This document shows, in pieces, positions 1-12,500 of a DNA stretch of 64,000 nt. The notes below the pieces were generated by a model, which saw nothing but the letters and a program-made list of their open reading frames with translations, searched no databases and was not told the origin of the DNA. This stretch comes from Macrostomum lignano (lineage: Eukaryota). Location of the stretch: positions 62,001 through 126,000 of the forward strand of contig NIVC01000525.1 in NCBI GenBank assembly GCA_002269645.1, given 5' to 3'. Position 1 is the stretch's first letter, and each line of letters opens with the position of its first letter. Made by a program: the position numbers and the translations under genes.

Positions 1-514
1 CTGTGCAGAGAACGCAGCTTGTTGGCTGGCTGCTGCAGCTGGCTGTCAAAAATTGAAATCAGCCGTTTTCTCTTTCCCTCTCTCTCTCTCTCTCCTACTC
101 TTTCCTATTGCCTGTAAATCTCTTAATATGGCACCCAGCATCCAGGTGAGCTGTACGGCCTGCCGTCCTCCAGCGCTTTGCCCCACCCAACATGCCGAGC
201 CTGACAAGGCCGCGCCCACCTCTGCGCCCCCCAGCAAGCCAATGCCCTGGCTGGCTAATGTAAAGCAAAAACTACGCAAGGACGGTGGGAGAGGACAGAA
301 AGAGAAGAAACCATTTCAAGTTAAAGAAGTGAAGCAGTAGCAGACAGACCGGCGTGTCAAAGAAGAGATTCGAGTTCCATTTTTGTCTTAATAGACTTCA
401 TCTCAAACTGCCTGTTTTTCTCTCTGCTCCGACTGGGATCGGTCCAATCAGGGATCGGAGGGAAGCGGCCAGTGAATTCCCACTTCAGTTTGAGCTGCTC
501 AGACTCAAGAGCCG

Positions 515-3500
515 ATGGCGTCTGCGGCAGCAGGAGCAGCAGCTGCGGCTATCGACACGGGCATCAGCCAGGGCGACATGAACTCCGGCTTCGTGTGCAT
601 CGGCGACTACATCGGGCTTTACTGTGAAGACACCGACGGTCACGTGTTCTCGCAGAACTCCTGGTGAGCTGGCACCGATTAGCGAATGATTGCTGCCTGA
701 TCATACAGTATTGCTGCCTGATCATACAGTATTGCTGCCTGATCATACAGTATTGCTGCCTGATCATACAGTATTGCTGCCTGATCATACAGTATTGCTG
801 CCTGATCATACAGTATTGCTGCCTGATCATACAGTATTGCTGCCTGATCATACAGTATTGCTGCCTGATCATACTGTATTGCTGCCTGATCATACTGTAT
901 TGCTGCCTGATCATACTGTATTGCTGTCTGATCATACTGTAATGCTGCCTGATCCTACTGTATTGCTGCCTGATCATACTGTGTTGAGACCTATACTGCC
1001 AATCCAGAATGATCAGTCACAATCCAAAATGATCAGTCACAATCTAAAATGATCAGTCACAATCCAGAATGATAAGTCACAATCTAAAATGATCAGTCAC
1101 AATCCAGAATTATCAGACCTTTATCTCATTTCTAGACACATGCAAAATCTTACTTTAGAATTTACGTTAATTATTTTATAATGGCTAAAGATCTGAAAGA
1201 ATCTAAAAAAGATTTGAGCAAAACTCTTTAACTACTCAAATAAGTCTGCTTCTATGAACGGTTAAACAATGCCATAAACCGCCTCCAACGGATACTTTGC
1301 AGCGCCGCTTTCAATGGACTATTTGTGTACCACAGTTGTCATAGAGACCGGCCAGTCAATATCCCAGATCCTCAGGGTAAGTCAGCATGCCCCAGATAGC
1401 ATGTGCATTTTCCTATTAGTGGGCGATGCCGGGCATTTGATAGAGGGGCTACAGCTGCTGGGGACAGGGAATCTGACAGCTTCCGCGCTCACCCACTACT
1501 TCTCCATTGAAAATGCAGTGCTGCTGTTCCAAGTGTGCATCCAGAATCGGTACAAGTTGGACAAGAAATATCGCAAGGCGGTTGCTTCTAACAGGCAGGC
1601 AGCGGCTTCAGCTGCAAGCCAGCAGCAGCCGCAGCAGCAGCAGACAACAGAAACTTCCCCGTTAACGCAGCCGGAGCAGCCGGAGCAGCAAATTGCTGAG
1701 AACGATTTCGACCTGAGGCTGCACATTGAGCAGGCAAGGAATGCCGCCTCAGCTGAGAATGTGGACAATATGGCCGAGCAGCGCCGGAACCTCGGCAAGA
1801 GGGTTCGCTACGGGGAGATTGTTCAGGTAGCTTTGAGTCTGAGTTCTGAGTTTGAGTCTGAGTCTGATTCTGAGTTCACTGAGATTGTTCAGGTAGCTTT
1901 GAGTCTGAGTTCACTGAGATTGTTCAGGTAGCTTTGAGTCTGAGTTCACTGAGATTGTTCAGGTAGCTTTGAGTCTGAGTTCACTGAGATTGTTCAGGTA
2001 GCTTTGAGTCTGAGTTCACTGAGATTGTTCAGGTAGCTTTGAGTCTGAGTTCACTGAGATTGTTCAGGTAGCTTTGAGTCTGAGTTCACTGAGATTGTTC
2101 AGGTAGCTTTGAGTCGGAGTTCACTGATATTGTTCAGGTAGCTTTGAGTCTGAGTTCACTGATATTGTTCAGGTAGCTTTGAGTCTGAGTTCACTGATAT
2201 TGTTCAGGTAGCTTTGAGTCTGAGTTCACTGATATTGTTCAGGTAGCTTTGAGTCGGAGTTCACTGAGATTGTTCAGGTAGCTTTGAGTCGGAGTTCACT
2301 GAGATTGTTCAGGTAGCTTTGAGTCTGAGTTCTTGCATCTTTTTCGCAGAATTTTTAATTTATATTAATCAATTTCAATCATTTGTCAAAAGAAATTCTC
2401 AAATCATCAAAAACTTTAAGAATTCGTGTATCGCATTAATAAGTAGGCGATTCCTAATTCGACGAGTTAATGCACTTTTCATTAGAAAAATGTGTTATGC
2501 AGTTGTATTTTAATCAGAACTGTGCAACTTTCTCAGTCATCAGGTATTTGCGATGATAGAATCGCATAAATCAATTAGTCTGGAAGCAGTAAGGCTACTG
2601 ACTTGCTACTTGAACCAGAACGCTAAACCACTGCACATTCGAATTGCAGCTGAAGCACGTGTTCACCGGCAAATATGTCCACGTGAACACCAACCATACG
2701 AGTCAGCACGACAAGAATAACATGCTGGTGAGTGGGTTGACTTTACTGTATTTTATTGCTCCTAAATGAGAGTTACAAAAAGCGAGAACCTCCACTATTT
2801 TCAGCTGTCCCTACACGAGTACAACTCCAAGAATGCCCAGTTTAGAATTTTGCCTCGCTACAAAGTCAAATCCGAGGGTGAACACGTGAGTGACCGAATA
2901 AATTTTCTCCTTTTCAGGTTTAATCTGGACAGATTTTGCTCTGTATCATACGATCCCAGTCTGGAATGTTTCTTCTGTAGTCGAATAAGATTGATGCCAC
3001 CTTTGTGAAGTTCGTGTGCCCCACGCACCAAAATTGGCAGCATGAAGTTCTGCGGCCAGAATGCTTGCTTTAAAATTCTCTACTTGATTGTCTTTTAACC
3101 TGAGAGGAGAGCCTTGAAAAGCTTGGCTTGGCCTGCAGTCTGTGGGAGAGCATCATTTGTATCATGGAGAGTATCATGGCTTTATTGTCTATGGCAGAGT
3201 GCACAGTTCCGCGATTATAAAGGGTCATGGCTTTATTGTCTATGGCCGAGTGCACAGTTCCGCGATAATAAAGGGTCATTGCTTTATTGTCTATGGCCGA
3301 GTGCACAGTTCCGCGATAATAAAGGGTCATTGCTTTATTGTCTATGGCCGAGTGCACAGTTCCGTGATAATAAAGGGTCATTGCTTTATTGTCTATGGCC
3401 GAGTGCACAGTTCCGCGATAATAAAGGGTCATGGCTTTATTGTCTATGGCAGAGTGCACAGTTCCGCGATAATAAAGGGTCATGGCTTTATTGTCTATGG

Positions 3501-6500
3501 CCGAGTGCACAGTTCCGCGATAATAAAGGGTCATTGCTTTATTGTCTATGGCCGAGTGCACAGTTCCGTGATAATAAAGGGTCATTGCTTTATTGTCTAT
3601 GGCCGAGTGCACAGTTCCGCGATAATAAAGGGTCATTGCTTTATTGTCTATGGCCGAGTGCACAGTTCCGCGATAATAAAGGGTCATTGCTTTATTGTCT
3701 ATGGCCGAGTGCACAGTTCCGTGATAATAAAGGGTCATTGCTTTATTGTCTATGGCCGAGTGCACAGTTCCGCGATAATAAAGGGTCATTGCTTTATTGT
3801 CTATGGCCGAGTGCACAGTTCCGCGATAATAAAGGGTCATTGCTTTATTGTCTATGGCCGAGTGCACAGTTCCGCGATAATAAAGGGTCATGGCTTTATT
3901 GTCTATGGCCGAGTGCACAGTTCCGGGATAATAAAGGGTCATTGCTTTATTGTCTATGGCCGAGTGCACAGTTCCGCGATAATAAGGGTCATTGCTTTAT
4001 TGTCTATGGCCGAGTGCACAGTTCCGCGATAATAAAGGGTCATTGCTTTATTGTCTATGGCCGAGTGCACAGTTCCGTGATACCAATAAAGCATCGTTTG
4101 CTATTCCGTCAGGTTCAACTGCTGGACCAGATCTCGTTGGAGTCAATCAAAAGTCCTGGGCACTACTTCCACTCCAGCAAGGGCTTTAAGATTGGCCCAG
4201 AATCCAGGCCGACTTTTGTGTAAGTTGATGGCAGCGTCAGCTCAAAATAGGACTCTCACATTGTAAAAAATAGCAAAGCAAAACATCGAAATATCAGCAA
4301 CTTTTCTATGCCTGCGCAGGTCTGAGCTGAACCTGGGCGTCGAACAGACGGGATTTACCATTATTAAGTCTCACGGCTTTAGCGGCGATCACGAAGCCTA
4401 TGCAAGGGTGAGGGTTGCTTCAGTACTTTTCTTTCTAATGCTTGCTTTTACTGTTTACGTAAGCTCTATAACAAATATAACATTGGGCGTACAAAAAAGT
4501 CTAAATCTACATTTATCTAAGGGCGTGGATGAGTAATGTGCTCGTCTAGTCACATACAGAGACAGTCAACTCAACTTAGATCATGCTGAACTTCGACTTG
4601 TAGAATGTTGAAACACAGCAATTTAGCAGAACTGGAATGCCAGTTTATTAATCATTTGTTATAATGCGTTCATGCTTAGTGAGTTGTCAATGCTTTATTA
4701 GTATGAGAACAGCATTAACTTAGCAGCCTTGAACTGTTAGCATCAACGGTCTCTGCGGTCTGAATAATTCGACTGTTAGCATTGAGAGCACGACTCGTCT
4801 TCATCATGTGAGAAAAATGTTTCATTATCATACCAAACGCTTTCAGCACATAAACTGCCACATCGTGTCGCCCCAAACATATTTGATTTGATACAGAATT
4901 TCACCTATCAATTCGGTGCAATTTCTGTGAAAGTTTTCCCTGTCAGTACAGTGGTAAAAAGTGGTCGCTTTCAAAAATACAGTCTGAATGCACTTCCAAT
5001 ATGCAATGCCACAAAATGTCTGCAGGGTGGACAGTTTGTTCAACTGTTCCACAAGGAACTGGAGGCCTATGTTGTTGCCGAGGGCCTGTTTGACCAGGAC
5101 GTCACTGAGGACGGTGAGGCGGCTGCTTAAACATGTACTAATTAGCAGGTAGTGACTCAGTGTTAAAATGAACGCTCACCCGCTTTGTAGTTCACCTTCG
5201 AATTCGCGAAATCGACCAGCTGAACCCGCGCACTCTGCACTCGTCGACCTCGGCAGTCACCTACTGGCAGGTAGAGCCGGAGAGCACCGTGCTCGATGGC
5301 GAGGTGCTGACCTGGGACCAGCAGTTCCGGTTCCGGCACGCCACCACTAGGAAATACCTGTGCGTGAAGCAGGCTAGCGAGGCCTATTCGGTGACGCTTA
5401 CCGAGGATGCCACCGATCCGCACACGGTGTTCAAGATGCACCCGGTGCTGCAGGACTCGCCAGAGCTCAAGTTCGAAAGCTATGCTCGAATTGAGCACGT
5501 CATCACTGGCTGCTGGCTGCACGCGATTAAAGGTGTTGAACTGAACGATTTCTTCAATTTCTTCGATTGGTCTGAGTTCAGTAGAAACCGCTAGCTTGCC
5601 TAATAGTTTTTAGACAATGTTTTAATTAGAATAGCACCCAAGCATCTTACTTACTTGACAAATGGTCGGCTTTTTTCACGCAACAGACAAATCATACCAG
5701 AGGAAGGAGTTCCTCAACATGGAGGATGAGAAATCAATGCGAGCTCTTCGATGGGATGGCGGTGAGCTCCGAGAGGTGAGCGGATCTGGGGTGTCAACTG
5801 TGACGACTGGTGTGACCCTTCGCTTAGTAGCACCGCTCAGATGGAGGCTTCACCAATCCTAAACTTCACCAATCCTAAACTTCACCAATCCTAAACTTCA
5901 CCAATCCTAAACTTCACTAATCCTAAACTTCTCTAATACTAAACTTCACCGATATTAAACTTCACCAATCCTAAACTTCACCAATCCTAAACTTCACCAA
6001 TCCTAAACTTCACCAATCCTGAACTTTACCAATCCTGAACTTCACCAATCCTGAACTTCACTAACCTTAAACTTCACCAATCCTAGACTTCACCAATCCT
6101 GAACTTCACCAATCCTGAACTTCACTAACCTTAAACTTCACCAATCCTGAACTTCACCAATCCTGAACTTTACCAATCCTAAACTTCACTAACCTTAAAC
6201 TTCACCAATCCTGAACTTCACCAATCCTGAACTTCACCAATCCTAAACTTCACTAACCTTAAACTTCACCAATCCTGAACTTCACCAATCCTGAACTTCA
6301 CCAATCCTAGACTTCACCAATCCTGAACTTCACCAATCCTAAACTTCACTAACCTTAAACTTCACCAATCCTGAACTTCACCAATCCTGAACTTCACCAA
6401 TCCTAGACTTCACCAATCCTAGACTTCACCAATCCTGAACTTCATTAATCCTGAACTTCCTTAATCCTAAACTTCACCAATCTTAAACTTCACTAACTCG

Positions 6501-9500
6501 AAATTTCGCAATGCCTAAAAGTCAATCAGGCAGAGGACATTTTTAACTTAAAAAATTATGAAACTCAGGGTTCGGGAAGTTTAGCATTTATGAGTGGTTT
6601 GTTTTTTCAGTCCGAATAAAATCAATCGCCGCTTGTCACCGAAACAAATCCCGCAGATCACGTGCTGCTTCGATCGTCGCTATGACGACGCGTACACAAT
6701 TCAAAAAGTCGACTCGGAGCACGTGATGAATTTCAACTTCGTGGCCGGCGTCGTGCCGACCCTGCAGGATCTCATTGACGCCGTGAGTGCCTCCGCTGTG
6801 TTTCAACTGTTTAAAAATTCCACAAGCTTAGCCAAAAACCATGAGTCATGGACAGCTAAAGTACAAGGACACTACGCTCCCTAATTGAGCAATGCCGAGA
6901 TGCCAGCGAGTCAATTATGTGTACTTGACATGGATAATGGGATCTCTAATCAGGGATTCGTACCTGGATAATGGGATCTCTAATTAGTGATTAATACCTG
7001 GATAATAGGATCTCTAATTAGAGATTAGTGATTTCGGGATCCCTAATTAGCGATTAATATCTGGATAATGGGATCTCTAATCAGTGATTAATACTTGGAT
7101 TTTGGGATATCTAATTAGGGATTAATACCTGTATGTTAGAAACTCTAATGAAGATTCTTACGATTATGAATGCAAAAGTGACCCCCCGAAAGCGAGAGAG
7201 TTGAGGCTGCTGGCTGTACAAAACCTGCGTGACTCACCCCTGGATACTAGTTAGCGGATACCAATTATTATAATAACGGCAGCAAAAACATTAAAAAAAA
7301 CTTCCCAGAGACAAATCGGCAGGCCGCTAACCAGCAAGGAAACATTTCGAATCTGCCACGCTCTGAGGGAGCTGCGCAACTTCATGCTGGTGAACGGCGA
7401 GCCGTGCAAGGCGAGGCAGAAGCTGCTGCGGAATCTTCGGGTGAGCGAGATGATTGACAGGCGGCTGCAATAGTTACAGCTTCAGCACCAGTTTAATCTG
7501 GAAACTATCAAACTCACGCACTTTTTTTCCAGGTGATCGATCTGCTGGTCACGCTGTTGAAATTTCCACTAAAAGCGGTGCAAGATGAGCACAATTTGAC
7601 CAAGGTGTTTAGCGAGGCGTACGACATCCTGCACACCTACATGATGGGCAATAGTCGGAAGAATGCCCTGTACTTTGCCAAGTATATCGAGTTCTTTCAA
7701 ACGCAAATGGTTGACAAGGTAAATAAACCATTTGCTTAAATCTTGAAGCCTTGTGCAAACGAAAGCGAGAAGAGAAGGCACCCTTACTAGATGGGGCACA
7801 ACAACAACCCCAACAGCCACCCCTACAGCCACCAGCCCCCACCACACCAACACCAGCCCCCAACACACCAACACCAGCCCCCACCACCCCAACACCAGCC
7901 CCCACCACCCTAACACCAGCCCCCACCACCCCAACACCAGCCCCCACCACCCCAACACCAGCCCCACCACCCCAACACCAGCCCCCACCACCCCAACACC
8001 AGCCCCACCACCCCAACATCAGCCCCCACCACCCAACACCAGCCCCACCACCCAACACCAGCCCCCAACACACCAACACCAGCCCCCACCACCCTAACAC
8101 CAGCCCCCACCACCCAACACCAGCCCCCAACACACCAACACCAGCCCCCACCACCCTAACACCAGCCCCCACCACCCCAAAACCAGCCCCACCACCCCAA
8201 CACCAGCCCTCACCACCCCAACACCAGCCCCACCACACCAAGCACCCAACCCAAACAGACCACCACCCCAGAACCCACTCCGACCACAACCAAACCGAAC
8301 AGTGATTGGCTGAGCCAACCTAAAGCACTAGCACTAAGAACTATACTTACTGCACCTTTATCAGCAGGATATTTTTACTAGAAAAATTAAGCGCCTTCAA
8401 AACGCTGGACGTACCGCAGAATCTTTGAAATTTTTTAACCGCCTGTCGCTCAATTAATTGGATAACCGCATTATAGTTTTAATAGTAGTAACTGTCAGTT
8501 GCAACAACAATAAATAACAACGCTTTCGATTTGAATTACCGACCGGTTCGGCATACTATTAAACTGAGTTGCCACAATATCAGATTAGTTAACAACTCAG
8601 CTTAACTTTAGGCATGAAAATATGACAAGTCCCCCAGCAGCCCAGATTGATCTCATCCGATTTTCAGATTGACTCAGCTCCCAGCGAGGCAAAGAGTGAT
8701 GCAAGCGATGATTTAGAAGCTAAAAGTGTGCGTTTCTGCTTGAGCTGCTTGAGCACAGTCTTCTTTTTTCTCTAACATTAATAGCAGCACTTGTCTAACA
8801 CATCGAGGAGAGCTGTTGCTTTCACCCGCTTATACTTTATATATTAATATAGTAATGTATTTACTTGGCTCTTTTTGCAGGTGAAGCAACGGGCTCAATC
8901 AGTAGTTGTAACAGATTGTCACCCTCTTGGCTATGCACTATGCCGATCACCTCTTTATATTCTGTTTGCTTTACAATTTTGAGCACACTTTATGTCTTAA
9001 AGTCCACACTTCTTGCAAAGTCTTTTTCATTTATTAACCTTTTATTAGTGATGCATCGCAGAGGTTTAGAGATTTCCGCGCATCAATTTAATTCTAAAGA
9101 AATCTAGATGCGAGCAATCCGGCTTTTATTATCCATCTCTACCCCTAGCTGAATTGTGATTGGCTGAAGGGAAACTTGCCTGTTTTCTTCGCATTTGATA
9201 TCACGAATTTGCAAACTATTTCAGTCCGAGCTGGCCCTCAAGGTCACCAAGATGCTGGTGGAACTGATGAAGGATAATCGAAAAATTGTCGATCGCATCA
9301 GCAACGCCCAGATTGAAGTGTTTGTCGAGCTGTTGAGGAAAAATGAGGTGCGCCCTCGCTATATGAATAAAAAAAGCGAAATGCAAATATGATGCAAAAT
9401 AAGAGAGTAGTCGATTCAGTTTATTTTGTCGTCCCCTTTCGTCTTGTTTGGCCTCTTCACACGAGGCTGTGGCGTGATTTCTAAATGACCTCGTGGGATT

Positions 9501-12500
9501 CCCAGCAGTCAACACCCACCCCTGCCCTCGGTGTACAGTAAAGCAGGCTGGAGATGAAAATGACCTTGGGAATCACCGGGTAGTTTCTACCAGCAGCACT
9601 CATATGCAAATGTCGCTACTGGCCTCAGATCAGTCACGTGACATACCTGATACTATTAGGCGGTTGCACTTCATGTATATTTTCATTCGGAAAGTATTAC
9701 TCATAGCTACTAATATTTCAGCATCACAGCTACTTGGAGCTGCTGAAGGTTCTCTGCGTATGCAACGGGGTGGCCATCACTGAGAATCAGAACTTCATCG
9801 CGCAGAAGTGGCTTCTCGAAGACACGGTTAGTGTACAACGCTGGCTATTTTTCGGTTGCACTGAAGCTTAATGAAAGCGGAGACTTTGAAATAGCTGGAT
9901 TGGAAGTAGATCTGCTCCATACTTTCCTTTCCTTTCTAAAGCATCATTGTTGAAGGGGGCTTCACTTACGAAGCTCGGATTTTAAAGTTAGGAACTGTCA
10001 GTCTCGGCATCCAGACGTTTCTTTGGGTGCTTCTTCATTGATAAGATTAGCCTCAAACCTTTCAGCGGGGTGTGTACATGACCAACCGAGGCCAGAACAT
10101 CGACAGGAAGCCTAACGAGACCTACGTGAGCTACGACCAGCAGCACAGCTGGCTGCCCCTGGTCGACTTCGTTCAGCCGGACGAATATGATACAGAGGCT
10201 GTTGAGCGGTGCCTGTTCCTGCACACCCAACTGGACCTGTTCATTGCGCTGTGTCACGTGAGTGGCTGACGCATGAGATGATATTGTGGATGACGCATGG
10301 GATGCTGAAGGCTGCAGCGTATGACGAATGAGATGTTAGTGCATGATAGATTTTAGTATATAGGATGCATGGGTGCTGTATTGAATGACATATGGAATAC
10401 TGCAGCGGATGACGCATGGCATGCTGTAGTGTTAGTGGATGACGCATGGGATGCTGTGATGGATGACGCGTGACATGCTGTAGTGGATGACGCATGGGAT
10501 GCTGTAGTCGTAGTGGATGACTCATGGCATGCTTTAGTGGATGACGCATGGCATGCTGTAGTCGTAGTGGATGACTCATGGCATGCTGTAGTGGATGCCG
10601 TTGTATGAGACAATACCCTGATAAGGCTTTGTCTTCGTTGTTTGTTGATGTTACCGTCGTTGCTTTCTGATCTATAATTGTAGTTTTCTTTGTTGTTACA
10701 AGACAAGTACAATATGATAATTGGCATTTCACTCAATGTTTGCATGTTGATTCAGGGGCGCAATGAGGACTGCATCCGACTTATCACCAAGGACCTGTCC
10801 TACCTGACTTGGGAGGAGGCCTATCTTGGCCTGTCATCGGAGAGTTTGCCGCACGAATTTCGGGCCAAGTATTGCGAAATTATCATAGGTAAAAATTAAT
10901 TAACCATACACCTAGTTAGGACCAACGGTGAACTACTTAGAGACGCACAAAAGTCGGTAGTCATAAATACCCACCCACCTATATAAACAGGTCTATTCGT
11001 GAACGTTGGCAATAACTACTCTGTAGTGGAGAGTCCCCAGCTGTGCTTCATCTACGAATACATCGGCACCAAAGACTTCACTTATCAGACCAGCTCACCC
11101 GAGCAATACGTGAGTGTCAGCTGTACTCGTTAACTGCATTTGCCCACATAGGATAGAGACAGAATCACGAAGCATAAGGACACAATCACATAGGATAGAG
11201 ACAATTACACAGGATAGAGACACAATCACAGAGGATAGAGACACAATTACACAGGATAGAGACACAATCACAGAGGATAGAGACACAATCACAGAGGATA
11301 GAGACACAATCACAGAGGATAGAGACACATTTACACAGGATTGAGACACAATCACAGAGGATTGAGACACAATCACAGAGGATAGAGACACAATTACGCA
11401 GGATAGAGACACAATCACAGAGGATTGAGACACAATCACAGAGGATAGAGACACAATTACGCAGGATAGAGACACAATCACAGAGGATAGAGACACAATC
11501 ACAGAGGATTGAGACACAATCACAGAGGATTGAGACACAATCACAGAGGATAGAGACACAATCACGCAGGATTAATACACAATCATGCAGGATAGATATA
11601 CAATCACACAGAATAGATACACAATCACACAGAATAGAGGCAAAATCACACAGGATAGAGACACAATCACCCAAGATAGAGACAGTATCTTAAACAATCT
11701 AGTTTTTGGCGGGTGGGTGCTTTTAAACAAAATGTTTGAACTAAACGTTTGTGTGCAAGGCTTTGTTTCTGTCTGCTTTCGATGGCTATAGATTCTGTGC
11801 CCCAGTGCTCGAATCGAATGCGGTTTTCGACATATAAAATTTACAGCTGTTTTCTGTCGGTATGTAGCCTGTGGCAGCTCTACTGCTGACTACGGGAGAC
11901 TGAGAGAGTGCTGATGTCGATAATCCGATGTCTAGGCGTAGAGACGCTTTTTGCAGTTGCAGCAGTGACTGCAGGTGGGCCGAATAGCCAGATAATGTCA
12001 AATGTCTGATGTCTGAATGACTGCGAGCTACCCTGTCCCAGACGATTCGTTTGTTTTAAATATTGTAATTCGTTTTCTCACTTTTAACACCTCTGTTTCG
12101 CTACTCCCAATGTCTCAACACGAGCAGAAACAGGGCAGAAAAGTTGGAGAACCGAGCCGTTTAGAGCAGCAAAGGGTATTTGCGTGAAAACTTATCGGAT
12201 TTCTTTAATCAGCGCGCATAATTAGTAAAAACTAATTATCAATTCTATAGGCAATCAAAAGGTCTAAGGACAAAGATATTAGAAGGAGAAGGTCGCTGGT
12301 TCGATGCTTCCCCATTCTTTCATCTGTTCGACCATACAGTTGAGAGTTGCAAAATAACTCCTTAATGCAGATTGAAATGTTTGCGAGCGGCGATGGTAGT
12401 CTTACTAATTAGTTTAACGTATTGAGTCGCAATTTTACAAGTCTTACCGATAACAAAAGAAATGTACTTTAGTAGCAACGATCTCTGTTGACAAGCTTGC

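Larger units (their letters stand above)
515..7718 (+). other. ITPR-like N-terminal suppressor and IP3-binding-core region (exons 1-13)
   Basis: Manual match to the IP3R beta-trefoil/MIR and ARM motifs: [56 protein letters not shown]. Confidence 0.8.

Noticed and set aside
46-581. Short ORFs upstream of the ITPR start
   Set aside because: No homology or codon bias. They overlap a (CT)n tract and probable promoter or 5' UTR sequence.
7140-7200. Hammerhead-ribozyme-like CTAATGAAG...CGAAAG
   Set aside because: The core deviates from CUGAUGA/GAAA and I could not find the required stems.
8669-8725. Possible extra ITPR exon ([19 protein letters not shown])
   Set aside because: Exons 13 and 14 already join in frame with IP3R-like continuity, and this piece ends in phase 1 at a weak GTGTGC donor.
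12285-12320. GGTTCGATGC, a possible tRNA-derived SINE box
   Set aside because: No convincing A-box, poly(A) tail or TSD.
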